DNA from: Bacteroidales bacterium UBA2939
GTDB lineage: Bacteria; Bacteroidota; Bacteroidia; Bacteroidales; P3
Direction: 5' to 3'
Assembly (NCBI GenBank): GCA_002349055.1
Contig: DECD01000024.1
Location: forward strand, 10,503-74,502
DNA: 64,000 nucleotides
Shown here: positions 1 to 12,000 of the stretch, piece by piece
Layout of the letters: each line of letters starts with the position of its first letter
Numbering within the stretch: the first letter of the stretch is position 1
Notes under the pieces: generated by a model
What the model was told of the DNA's origin: nothing
The model's database searches: none
The model's input: the letters and a program-made list of their open reading frames with translations, nothing else
Position numbers and translations under genes: made by a program

Positions 1-3000
1 CTTTCTGGATGATGACCTCGTTGGGTGTGTGTACGCGGACGAAGTAGATGCCGGTGACGAAGCTGGTCATGTCGACCACCACCTTCTTGCGTCCTGCGGC
101 GTCGTAGTCCTGCAACTTGCGGCCCTCGTTGTCGTAGACCTCCACGTGCGACATCTCGTCGGTCTCCACGTTGACCACGCTGGTGGTGGGGTTGGGATAG
201 ACCTTGACGGTGGTGACGGTCTCGACGATGGGTTGGTCGGGATCGCCGGTGAAGGTGAGGGTGAGGGTGACGATGCTGTCGCAGCCGTAGACGGTGGTGA
301 GGGTGTCGGAGAAGACGAGCGAGACGTGACCTGCGCTGTCGAGCGTGAGGTTGAGGAGTTCGAGCTCAGAGGGCGAGATGGAGAAGCCGTAGCCGTCGTA
401 GCCGTCGGCTAGGAGTGCCGAGTCGAAGAGGGCCGTCTGGGTGCCGTAGTGGAGGCGTATGGTTGCTGTGAGGGTGCTGTCTATCATCTCGTCGTTATCG
501 ATGACGCGGGTCGTGATGACGGTGTCGCGGGTGTAGGTGACGCCGCCGAGGACCACCACCTCGCAGCCGTCGATGGTCTCGTGGGCATTGACGGGAATCA
601 TGTCGGGCTCGCCGAAGACGGGATAGCCGTTGTTGGTGCCCTCGAGGTCGCTGCGCCAAGTCTTGTAGTTGCCACCTTCGGCGTTATGCTCGCGTACCCA
701 TTTATTAAGCACACGCGTGAGGTTGCTGACGCCATAGACGGGTTCTTCGAGGGTCACCTGGTTGCCTTTGCCCCTGAACGAGGCGATGTCGCTCACGCTG
801 GCATTGTCGCTGACCATACCCACACCCTGTCGGGCATCGCCCTGGGCGTAGTAGTTCTTGTCGGCGCGCGAGTTGTTGCCCATCGAGGCGGCCACGCCGC
901 CTTCCTGGTCGCTGCCGTTCATGCTGCCGTAAACGTAGTTGTTTTCCAGCACGGTGTTCTCGGCATGACCCACAATACCACCCATGTTCTGTGAGCTACC
1001 CACATTGCGCATGTGGACGTAGTTGTTGGCGATATAGGTGTTGGTGCCGGAGCTCTTGCGACGGAAGAGGCCCTGTGCGGGTTCGCCGTCGGCTTCGCCC
1101 TGGATACCGCCGGAGATGTTGCCGTTGGTCTCGTTGTAGCCAATGATGTAGCTGTCGCGCACGACGTCGGCCACACCCTGTGCCACGGCGCCGCCGACAT
1201 AGACGGCGTCGCCCACCAGCTTGATATTAGCCACTTGGGCCTCGGCCACCTGGTCTTGTTTCGACTTGCCGATGAGGGTACCCACGGCGTAGTGCGTGGA
1301 GAGGATGGAGGTCACTTTCTCAGCGGGGTTGGGATTGGCGACATAGTCGACACCCACATCCTGAATCGTCGACTTCTGCGACGAGGCTGCCAGGGCGCTC
1401 ACGAAGTGGCCACCGCGGACGAAGATGTTGCGGATGTTGAGGCCGGTGACCTCGGCTCCGTCGAGGAACGAGAAGACGGCCACGTTCTCCATGTCGGGTT
1501 CGTTGAGGATGAAGTTCCTCACCGTCACGAAATCGTTCTCGTCAAGGGGCGTGGTAGAGGTCTCCTCCTTACCCACACAGACAAACCTGCCGCGGAAGCC
1601 ATACTGCAGCGTACCCACGGGACTCCAGAGGTAGTCCTTCATGTCGTAGTCCGTATCGTTGGCTTTCTTGTGGAGGTAGACGGTGTTGAAGCGGAAGGGA
1701 CGTGCCTGAGTGCCGTTCAAGCCGTTGACCACGGAGATGAACCAAGCCAGACCGTTCTCGTCGTAGATGTGTACGTCGTCGTTATAGGTGGTGACGTATC
1801 CAGCATTGTGGCCGACGTCTCCGTCGCGACCATCTCCGCTGGTGTATCCTTCCACGGTGGGACGGCCTGTATAGGAGGTGCCGGAAGCCAGTGCCGCACC
1901 AGCTTTGGCGCTGGTGTTGATATGGTCTTTCCAGTATTCGGTGGGACCATAGTAGGCTATCACGTCGTCGTCGTGGTTGGGCACCACATAGGTAGCGGGG
2001 TTGGTGGTGTAGGGGTTGAAGCTCCACATCAGGAACTTGCTGCCGCTCTCCTGCTCGGCGCGGGTCTTGAGCTTAATTACATCGCCCTCGCAGAAGCGCA
2101 GGTCGGTCAGCGCATGGCTGTGTGTCTCATCGATATACTGGTACAGGCTGTCGTCTGTAGGATCTCCTGTTCTGGCATCGATGGTGCCCACCGAAGGATC
2201 GGTGTAGACATAGGGAGTAATCTTGATACCCTTGAAGTAGCGGATAGCCTCGGCCTCGTCTTCTGTCTCCACCGATGTCCAGCCGTTGGTGGGCGTAGTG
2301 GTGAGTTGCAGCAGGGGCCGGTCGCCGCTCCCTGCGGGAACCTCGGGAATATCAGTGTACTCATTCACCTTACGGATGGTGATATTGAGATACTTGGTGA
2401 GGGAGCACTCGCCGGTGGCGTCGACAGCCGTCACCTTGACCTTGGCCAAACGTGAGCCTGCCGCGCGCGCCATCTCGACACGCGGGGTGAGGAAGGTGTC
2501 GATGATTGAAGACCAGTAGTGCGCGGTGTCGTGATCGGTGAGGGCTTTCTGTATCTCGGCATTGGTGTAGGGCGTGGTATGCTCGTCCATCAGGATGTCG
2601 TAGTTGTCGGCTGCACCGTCGTTGTCGTGCAGTTTCCAGGTATAGGTGTAGGGAGCGAAGCCGCCCTGAAGTCGATACACGATGGTGTCGCCACCCAGCG
2701 GGCAGGTGTTCGCCTTCTGGATGCCGTAGTGCAGCACATCCTGTCCCTTGTAGGCAGTACCGCCGGGACGAACCAGCGGCATGTCTTGCGATGCCAGCTG
2801 ATGTTTGAAGGTGGCGCAGCGGAAGAGGTAGAGGTTGTTGCTGCTGACGCTCTGGTTATAGAACACATTGAAGCCATCATCGCTCTGGAAGTTCTTGTTC
2901 TCATACGCGTTCTCCAAGACGACGAAGTCGTAGCTGTTATTGACGGCTATGCGTATGGTATCGCGGGTGGTGGGACCGGGGAACCACTTGCGGACGCCAA

Positions 3001-6000
3001 TTCTTGTCTTGGTGCCCAGCGCGCCGGTGATGCTGAAGACGTCGCTCTGGACGTCGTTGAGTTCCTTCTCCGCAGCGCTGCCCGAGGTGGGCTCAGTGCG
3101 GGTCAAGTACACATTGGCCTTCTTCCAGGTGGTGTAGACCAGCGTTGTATCGAGGGTGAAGCGCGACGGTACGCCCTCGATGGTTGCCATTTGCCACCAT
3201 TCAGCACCACTTGGGTCGTGAATAGCGGGAGTCATGAGGCGGTTGCGGGTGATGTCGACAGCGGTGTTCTTGTGCGACTCGGGCAGCACTATGTGGCCAC
3301 CGTCGACGTAGATGGCACCGTTGCCTGGGGCCTTGGCCACCGACACGGGATCCAAGTTGTCGTAGCCTGTGAGGGTGTGGGAGAAATTGTCGCGCACCAT
3401 CACGTCGCCCTTGAGGGTCAGCGTGCCGCCGCCGGTGACGCTGATGGCGCCCATATTTTCAGAACTGAGCGGCCAGCCTGTTGTGGCGTCGCGCTGCGAA
3501 GTCTCCGAGCCGTAGGCGTTCCAGTTGTGGCGCACCAGCGTACCCTCCGAGAGGGTCACCGCACCATTGTTCTTAATTGCAATGATGGGGCCGTAGGCGC
3601 GGTTGGTGTCGGGCTCGAAGTGGACTTTGCCTCCTGGGACGGTGTCATCATCCCATTTGTAGGTCTTCCCGCCGACGGTGATTTCATGCTTTTTATAGAA
3701 TCCGTTGTCACATGAATCGGGGTCGGAGGAAGTGCATACACGCTTGATATGGGCGCCGGCGCTGCCATGGAAGTCGATGTTTTTCGCCGTGAAGAGGTTG
3801 TCCTGACCGCTGACCACAATCATCGGGCCGCGGTAGACACCCACCTCGTCAGGCAGTTGGTGGTGGTGACCTTCATAGCGTATCACCTGTATTGGGGGGC
3901 CGTCGGCTCCCTGTATGTGGACGGGCCTCTCATTGATATTCACCTGGTCGATGATGGCAATGACGTCGCCCTCCTGATAGACGTTGCTACTCAGCGCATG
4001 CTGGAAGCTCTGCACATAGCAGTCGGGGCTCTTGCCAATGACCGTTGGGGCTTTAGCCACGCTGTCTGTGTTACCTGATTCTAATAACTGATGATAGTAA
4101 CTGGTGCCGTAGGTATAGGGGTGTACGGTATAGCTGCCGCGCGTCACCGATTCGGCCGAGGCCAGATAGATGGTGTCGCCGTGCGAGCGGCTCTTCACAT
4201 TGATAGTGAAGTTGTAATCGCCAGAGTTCTCACCCTTCTTCCACCTCATGCCCAGCACCACCTTGCCGAGATAGCCTTTGTCGTCGATGGCCGGGTAGAT
4301 GCGCGAGCCGTCGAAGAGCAGGGTGACGTTGAGGGCTGCCGAGCCACGGCCGTCGAGGATACCCAGACGCCGGCCGTTGGTTTCGCCACCGCTGGTCAGG
4401 TCAACCGCAGTGTTGCCGTCGGCGGCATATCTCTGCGCATCGGCACCGGCAGCACGTGCAAGACGGAAGATATTGATGTCGGCTTCGTCGATGGACGTCC
4501 AACCCAGGTTCTCGTTCAGGTCACCGGTGACGGCATCGTTGGGCACCAGGTGCATGCCAAACAGGTTGTTGACGTCATGCGGTGCGCTGGTGATGGTGCT
4601 GCCATTTTCAACCATGTAGAATGGGTCAAAATCATCATAATCTCCGGTATACGGCGAGCCGTCGCCGTTGGTAGGCTCCCATTTCACGCTGGTGATGTAG
4701 AGCTCGCGGTTCTCGTCGAGGGTGATGGGCAGGATGACGCGGCGGGTGAAGGTGTTGGTGACATCGTTGTTGAACATGGCCAGCACGCTGGTCTCCATGT
4801 CGCGGAAGCTCTCGATGATGGTGCTGATATAGACCTTCACCTTGACGGGTCCCACATAGTCATTATTCTCATCATACTCGTCGAGGGTGAATTCCACGGT
4901 GCCGAGGAAGGTGGAAGCGAAAGTGGGGCTGTAGGTAAGCAGCAGGTCCATGGAGGGCATGATGCGGTCACCCTCTGCCACCTTTGGCGAGCAGAAGTTG
5001 GCCGACGCATTGTAGTAGGAGTTGCCCGAGAGCACCACAGAACTCATTGCCTCAGTCACACCCATAATGGAGGGCATTACATAATGGCCGGCATCGGTTT
5101 TGAAATTCTCGCCCGGTTGCATTACGAGGCCGAAAGTGTTGTCGGGGTAGCTTAATATCAGGTCCCTACCTGTACTCAGACCGCCTTCTTCAAGGGACGC
5201 TTTCTTCCACGCACCTTTAGTCTTTACGTCGGTGCCAGCGCTATAGTCTGCTGCCAGCGTTTCGAAGTCGGTGGTAGTAGCCCAAGCCTCATCCACGAGG
5301 TTCGCCGTCGAGTTGGAACCCGAAATAATAATGCCGTCGTTGTTGAACTTGTAGTAGTGGCCTTCCGAGGTTGCGGGGAGCGTGATGGTGGCTTTTGCCA
5401 AGGCCAAGTTGGTGTCGTTGATTTTGACGTTCACATCCTCTGCCAACTGAGTGGGGTCGATATGCGCGCGGATGGCGGCCTCGCGGAGACGAACGCCGGT
5501 GCCGACCTTCCACTCGCGGTAGTTCAAGAATTCAAGTTCTTCACTGATAAAGTTCTCATAAGGTAGTTCGGCTTTATTGGATACATAACCTTCTGCACTT
5601 TCATCAAGCCAATTCATTGGGTAGCCATCACGTTTTGTAGTATATTTGTTTGTGCTTTTGCAGGGTGACACAAATCCTGCAAATCCACTATTCCAGTCAT
5701 AGCCCCATTCCAACCAAGACTGTACATGGGGGATTGTATCGGGATCATAATAAGCAGTGGAGAGAGCTGTAACTGAGGAACTATAGCCGTATGGAGTGGT
5801 CAGATAACAGAAGCCATAAACGTAACCTGGCGTATAGTAGTTCGGCATTATCGGGGTCTCGTCCAACTGAATCTTGAAATCGATACCGTTATTAAGCACT
5901 AACAAGGTGTGCTTTTTATCGGTATCAGTGGGGCTCACAACATGAGTAAAATCGCACATGGTGGAGGTATTGGCACAAGCATTGTCACTTGTCGCCACCT

Positions 6001-9000
6001 CGCGAAGGGGCTGAATAGGAACCAATTCGAGTTCACCCTCATCCAGGTCTTCTTCATAGTTATACAGGTTAGTTACAAAGCTCAACGGTTCATCATACTC
6101 AGCGACGTTGAAGCCACGGAAAGACATGGTGTCCGCGCGGAGGATGGTGTAAGGCTCGCTGATGTAGGCATCCGAGGCATCGGTGGCACCGAGGTAGTGT
6201 ACCGCCGTGTTGTGCGAGAAGAATTGACCTGTACGCTGTACCGACTCGAGTTCCTTGGTGGGACGACAATTACTGAGTTCGCCGTAGTTCCAGAGGTTGA
6301 TATCGCTCCTCACATCGCCGCCTTTTACCGAGGTGCCGCTGCCAAAGAGACTCTTCCTGACATTCATTGAGGGTAACAGGTTTGTCTCATCGGCACCAGT
6401 ATTATAACCCTTGCCGTCGATGCGAATCATACTTTCGCCACCCACGAAGCCGCTGGTGTTGAAGCTTGCCGAACCCGAACCGGCACCCCAGTTAGCACCG
6501 GCATAGACCGAATGATTAAGCATTGTAGGAGTCTCAACCAGAGTATCCGACAGGCTGCCCTCCTCGCCGGGCTTGAAGACCCAGTAGGCATTGTCTACGG
6601 TGCTCTTGGCTCCGCCGCTGCTGTAGGAGCGGCGATAGGCCACGCAGCTGTCGATGGCATCGGGGCCGACATTGACATACACAGAGCCGTAGGTGGTGCC
6701 GAGGTAACCGGCGCCGTAGAGGTTGCTCTCCACGATGCCACCCGTCATATTGATGATGGACGAGGGACGCAAGGTTGTCTCAGAACTTCCTACACCCGTA
6801 CATTCGCTGGCATAGCCGTCGTCGACGCTCTCCGAGCCACCATAGAGGCTCCTGTTGATTTTGCCGCCATCCATGTTTATCACCTTCACGCCGTAGACCA
6901 GCGCGTTTCCGTCCTCGCCGCCACGGCCGCTGGCGCCGCCGAAGACGTCGTTATTGAACACACCGCCGTGGATGTTGGAAATAATATAGGAGTAATCCAA
7001 GGGGTTGGTGTGGGCCTGGGCGGTGGTGAGCGAGATGTCGGGCACCTTGTGGCCGTTCACAAGCACATACTGGCGGTTCTCATCCTTCTGGTAGTTCCAT
7101 GTGGAGCCCAGCTTGCCGCCGCCGTAGAAGTTGCCATTCACCACGCCGTCGTTGATAGTGATGGTGATGAATTCGGTGTTGGGGCGGTGCAGGTGGCGTA
7201 TGATGGGATTGTTGGGGTCGGTCAAGTCGTCCTCGTAAATGCCGGAATTGTAATCGGAGATGGGGTAGTCGCCATTTCCGCCGCCGTAGATGTTGTTGAA
7301 GCGGCCGGAGTGGATATCGATGACGCTCTTATAGACATCGCCGGCGAAGTCGTTGCCGCCGAAGAGGTTGTTCACCAGGTTGACACCCTTGAAGTCGAGG
7401 TGTGCGGTGCCGTGGACATCGGAGCCCCAGCATCCGCCGAAGAGGCTCTCGAAGGGGGTATCCCAGCCATCGTAGGTGTTGATGTAGGTATTCATGACGT
7501 CGCCGCCGCGGCCGCCGCCGTAGGCTTTGGCGCTGCTCACCAGGTCGGCGTGGTAGAGGTGGACATGGGTGTTCTCCTCGACGTTGCCGTAGCGGGTACC
7601 TTGCAGGTTGTAGTTGTTGAGGTGCTCGTAGTCGCCCATGCCGCCGCCGTAGATGGCGCCATAGATGTTGAGCAGGCGGTCGTGACCCTTGACGGTGTCG
7701 TTGACGGTCACGCAGGTGGTGCGTGCGTCGGCCATGGAGCCGCCGCCGTAGACGCCGCCGTTGGTGGTACCCACGGAGCCACCCCAAAGGTTGACGCTCG
7801 TGCTATCCACGTCGGGACGTCCGGCGATGGTGATAAGCGCCTTCTCCAGCTCGGCCGAATCGGCAGGCGAAAGCTCATGACCGTCGAAGTAGGTGGGATT
7901 TGTCTCCACGTAGCCGAAGGGGTAAATCTTGAAGCGGTTGTCGCCAATTTCCACGAAGTCGTAACGGCCGTCGGATCCGCCGAAGAGGTTCTTCACCACG
8001 CCGCCGCTGACGTCGACACGCGTGCTGCCGTCGATGTTGCCGCTGATGTCGTTGCCGCCGAAGACATAGCGCACGCCGTCATCTGTGGTGTTGCGCACCT
8101 CGACGTAGGAGACGCCCTTGACGTCGCTCATGCGGCAGCCGCCGAAGAGGGTGTCGAGGATGGTGACATCCGCGCTGTTGAGTGCCACATGGGTCGAAAC
8201 GTTCTTCACCATGTCGCCATTGACGTCGGCGAAACTCCACGAGGCACCCATAGCACCGTTGTTGGCACCGCCGAAGACGGTGTTGACGACACCTTTCTTG
8301 AGCTGTATGTCGGGCACCACGTCGAGCATGTCGTCGACGTTGTTGCCGCCGAAGATGGTGTGGACGGTGTGGACATTGTTGCCGGTATTGTTGAGCAGCA
8401 CCAACACCGATTCCTCGACACCCACGCCGTTGCCGCCTCCGAAGACGGTGTCGATGCTACCGCCCGAGGTGTTGATGTCGATGAAGGTCGACGACTGTTT
8501 GGGCAAGGGGAGGTAGCCGTTGGGGTCGGGGCAGAAAGAGACCCAGCCGTACTCGGGGTGCTCGCCATCATAGTCGTAGGCGCCGTTGCCCGAGCCGTAG
8601 ACGCAGGTGATTTGGGGCGTGTCCTTGATGCGGAGGTAGGCCGAATAGGTGGCGCTCCAGGTGCCGTCGCCGTTGTCCTGGTTGAGGGGAGTGCCGTCGG
8701 AGGCCACCATATCCTCGTAGGCGGCCACCAGGGCTTGCTCGTGGGTCTTGCCTTCAGCTCTGTAGCTGTCGTAGTCGTTGGTGTTATAGTAGGCGCCGAA
8801 GTGGTTGATGGAGCCCGTGCAGTCGTTGCCTGCGAAGAAGGAGCCGTCGATTCTGATGTTGTTCTTCAGGGTGATGTAGGCCAGGCCGAAAATCTTCGAC
8901 TGGAAACCGCCGCCGAAGGCGTTACCCAGGATGCGGCCACCCGAGGCCAGGAAGTGGACGCTGCCGCGACGCTCGCCACCGATGGTGCTGAGGTCCAAGT

Positions 9001-12000
9001 TGGTCTCACCACGTACGCCGGAGGGGAGCAGCTTCCTGATTTTGTTGCCTGTGGGATTCTCGAAGCCCACGTTGGTGTGCACTCCGCCACCGACCGCCTG
9101 ACCCAGCACGAGGCCGCCGCGCATATAGAGGTTGACGCTGTTGTGCGTGGGGAGGAGCAATTCGACATAGTCGTCGTAGGGGTCGTAGGAGAAGGCATTG
9201 CCCTCTTCGGAGTAGGTGTCGTAGAGGGGCTGGTGGTCGTAGTGGCCCGAGCCGTCGTCGCAGTGGTAGTAGCCGTCGGAGCCGCCCACCACATCGCCCA
9301 CGACGAGCACATTGCTGTCGATGACCACATAGATGCCGCCGCCGGTCTCCGAACCCACATCGCCCGACACGTCGTTGCCGCCGGTGACATAGCCGTAGGT
9401 GCCGCCGGCGAGGTAGACGCCGCACGAGTTCTTGATGTTGCCCATGCGGCTGCCGCCGAAGACATAGTCGCAGACGATTTTAGAGTTTTGCAAAGCGGTG
9501 ACGATGGTACCCACCTTCTGCGGCAGTGTGGACTTGCCGTAGATGTCGGCCCAGCCGTTGGCGATGGGGTTGCCTGTCGAGGGGTCGAGATCGAAAGAGT
9601 GGTTGAGGAGACTCGCGTAGAGGGGGTCGGTGAAGGTGCCATCGTTGGTCATGTCGCCCTCGTTGCCGCCGCCGTAGACGCAGCTGATGCCACCCGAATG
9701 GAGCATGATGGTGGTGAGGTTGTTCATGTCGGCAGCGTTGTTACCGCCGAAGAGGCAGCGCACGTTGTACATGCCCTCCTCTGGGCTGAAATGGTCGGGG
9801 CCGTAGCCTTCGAAGAAGTCCTCGTTGGCGTCGAGGGCCGCCACGGGGTCGGTGAAGGTGCTGTTGTCGGGGTAGGTCTCGTTGGTGCAGATGAAGTGGC
9901 CGGTGTAGCCGTACTCGTTCTCGTCGCCGCGCGGGCAGTCGACCAGGCCGATGGGGGTCTTCACGGTGGCGTTGTTGCCGCCGAGGTAGACGGTGTCGAG
10001 GAGGCCGCCACGGATGGCGACGTTGGCGTGGGAGCCGTCGACGAGGTTGCCGCCGCCGAAGAGGTAGCGGATGCCGAAGTCGCGTCCGAAGCCGTTGAGG
10101 TAGGTGTCCTCGACCTCGGCGTCGGCATCGATGAGCTTGGTGTCGTAGACGTTGACGAAGACCGTCGAGGTGTTGGCCACCGAGCCGCCCACGTTGTTGC
10201 CGCCGAAGACGGAGAAGATGGTGCCGCCGTGGATGTCGATGGTGACGCCGTTCTCGGGGGTCTCGCCCTCGTTGGCGGTGACGCCGATGAAGGCGTTGCG
10301 GGCACCGCCGAAGAGGGTGTCGATGAGGATATAGTCGTTGTGCCAGTGTGTCGAGTCGCCATCACCACAGATGAAGTAGGTGGGATTGTCCTCGTTGTCA
10401 CGACCCTCGGGGACACCCACGGTGATGTGGGCGGTCTTGATGTAGGGGATGGTGCCGTCGCCGTCGTCGCCCGTCTCGGCCTGGTCCACCAGGTCGGGAT
10501 GACCGATGTAGTAGGGGGTGTAGGTGAACTCATGGCTGGTCACGAGGGGCAAACTGGTCCATAGGGTCTCGTCTTTGTTGATGCGGTCGGCGTTGTCATT
10601 GTCGCCTGTGAGGTAGCCGCTGGGCAGCGTGTTCCAGGGGTAGACCTTGCCGTTGAAGTAATAGGCGCTGTACATCAGCGAGGTGCTCTGCTTCTTCCAA
10701 TAGGGATTGTAGTGCGCGTCCGTGGCCTCGTCGTAACCGGCATTGATGCCCTGGTAGGTGTAGTAGCCGTTGCCGCCACCGTAGACGTTGCCTATGTGTA
10801 TGGGGTGTTCTCCGGAGGTGAACTCGGTGCCCAGCGTGATGTTGGCACCCGCGGTGCCCTGCACCCATCCGGCGATGTCGTTGCCACCGTAGAGGGTCGG
10901 GATACTGTCGGTGCTATGGACGGTGACGACGGTGCCGCCGGTGACGTTGGCCATGCGGCCGCCGCCGAAGACGGCGCCGCGCACCACGGGACCGTGGACA
11001 GGTTTAAGGTCGACATCGGGCTTGGTGTAGGTGAGTGCCAGCTCGGCGGTGTCGTACTGTTCCGAGCCGTTGCTGTACCTCACACGGAGGTAGATTTTCA
11101 CCGTGGTGGGGCTGCTGACGGGCGATTTAAAGGTGAGGATGGCCTTGCCGCGGTTGGCGGCGGGGTTCATGGGGTAGACGGTGTCGAGCTCGACATAGCG
11201 GAGGCTACGGTTGTCGATGGTGAAATAGATGCTGTCGACCGTGGCCTCTTCCGATATCTGGTTGGGCTTGCTGTCGTGCAGTTCGTCGCCATACAGGTAG
11301 AAGGAGTCTATCACTGCCACACCCGCCGAGCCGAAGACACCTTCCTCGGTGCGGTTGCGGTAGTTGAGGTGGATACCGCGACGGTATTTCTCCTCGAAGT
11401 AGTCGGTATAGGCCGGACGGACGGTCATGGGGACCTTGTCGCCGTTCTTGTAGTTCATCACCGCCGCCAGGTTGACGCTTACGCCGCCGCTCACATACTC
11501 CAGCGAGGAGACGGGGTTCGACTCGTCGTCGGTGATGGTGATACCCGTGTGGAGGGTTTTGAGTGTGGTGGGGTCGAAGGTGGCCTGGAGGCCGTAGGGG
11601 TTACCGTCGCCGTCGTTCTCGATGGCGAGGATGGCCTTGTCGTGGGGTGTCACGGTGACGGGCATGAAGAGGGCGCCGTTACCCACGGGGAAGTAGTTGA
11701 ATCCGTCGTACACTGTGTCGTAGTAGCGGAGGCGGCGGGCATTGCCGGAAGCGTCGCCCTCGGTGTAGCTGGTGTAGTAGATGTCCTCGGGGCGCTGGTA
11801 GCAGTGTTCCGAGAGGGTCCAGACGGGGGTGGCGAGTGTGTGTGCATCATTGTCGCGTTCGCGGGTTTGGAGCATAATCCAGTAGTAGCGGTTCTTCTTC
11901 ACACCGTCGATGGTGGGGGTTTCCCAGACGGCGGCACCGAAGTCCCAGTTGTACCAGTAGGTCGACTGGGTCATGGGGCGGTCTTTCTGCACGGCAATCA

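Noticed and set aside
6512-10564. Long plus-strand ORFs across 1-43700: 1350 aa here, and also 1013-2455, 2519-3715, 10712-12490, 13710-16700, 16887-18929, 18948-23252, 27483-29669, 33998-36760 and 37214-38983.
   Set aside because: Their translations are G/A/V/D-rich low-complexity strings with no motifs. They lie exactly antisense to minus-strand genes whose GGN/GCC/GTN-rich codons leave the complementary frame free of stops. The minus-strand frames give coherent signal peptides, repeats and sorting domains.
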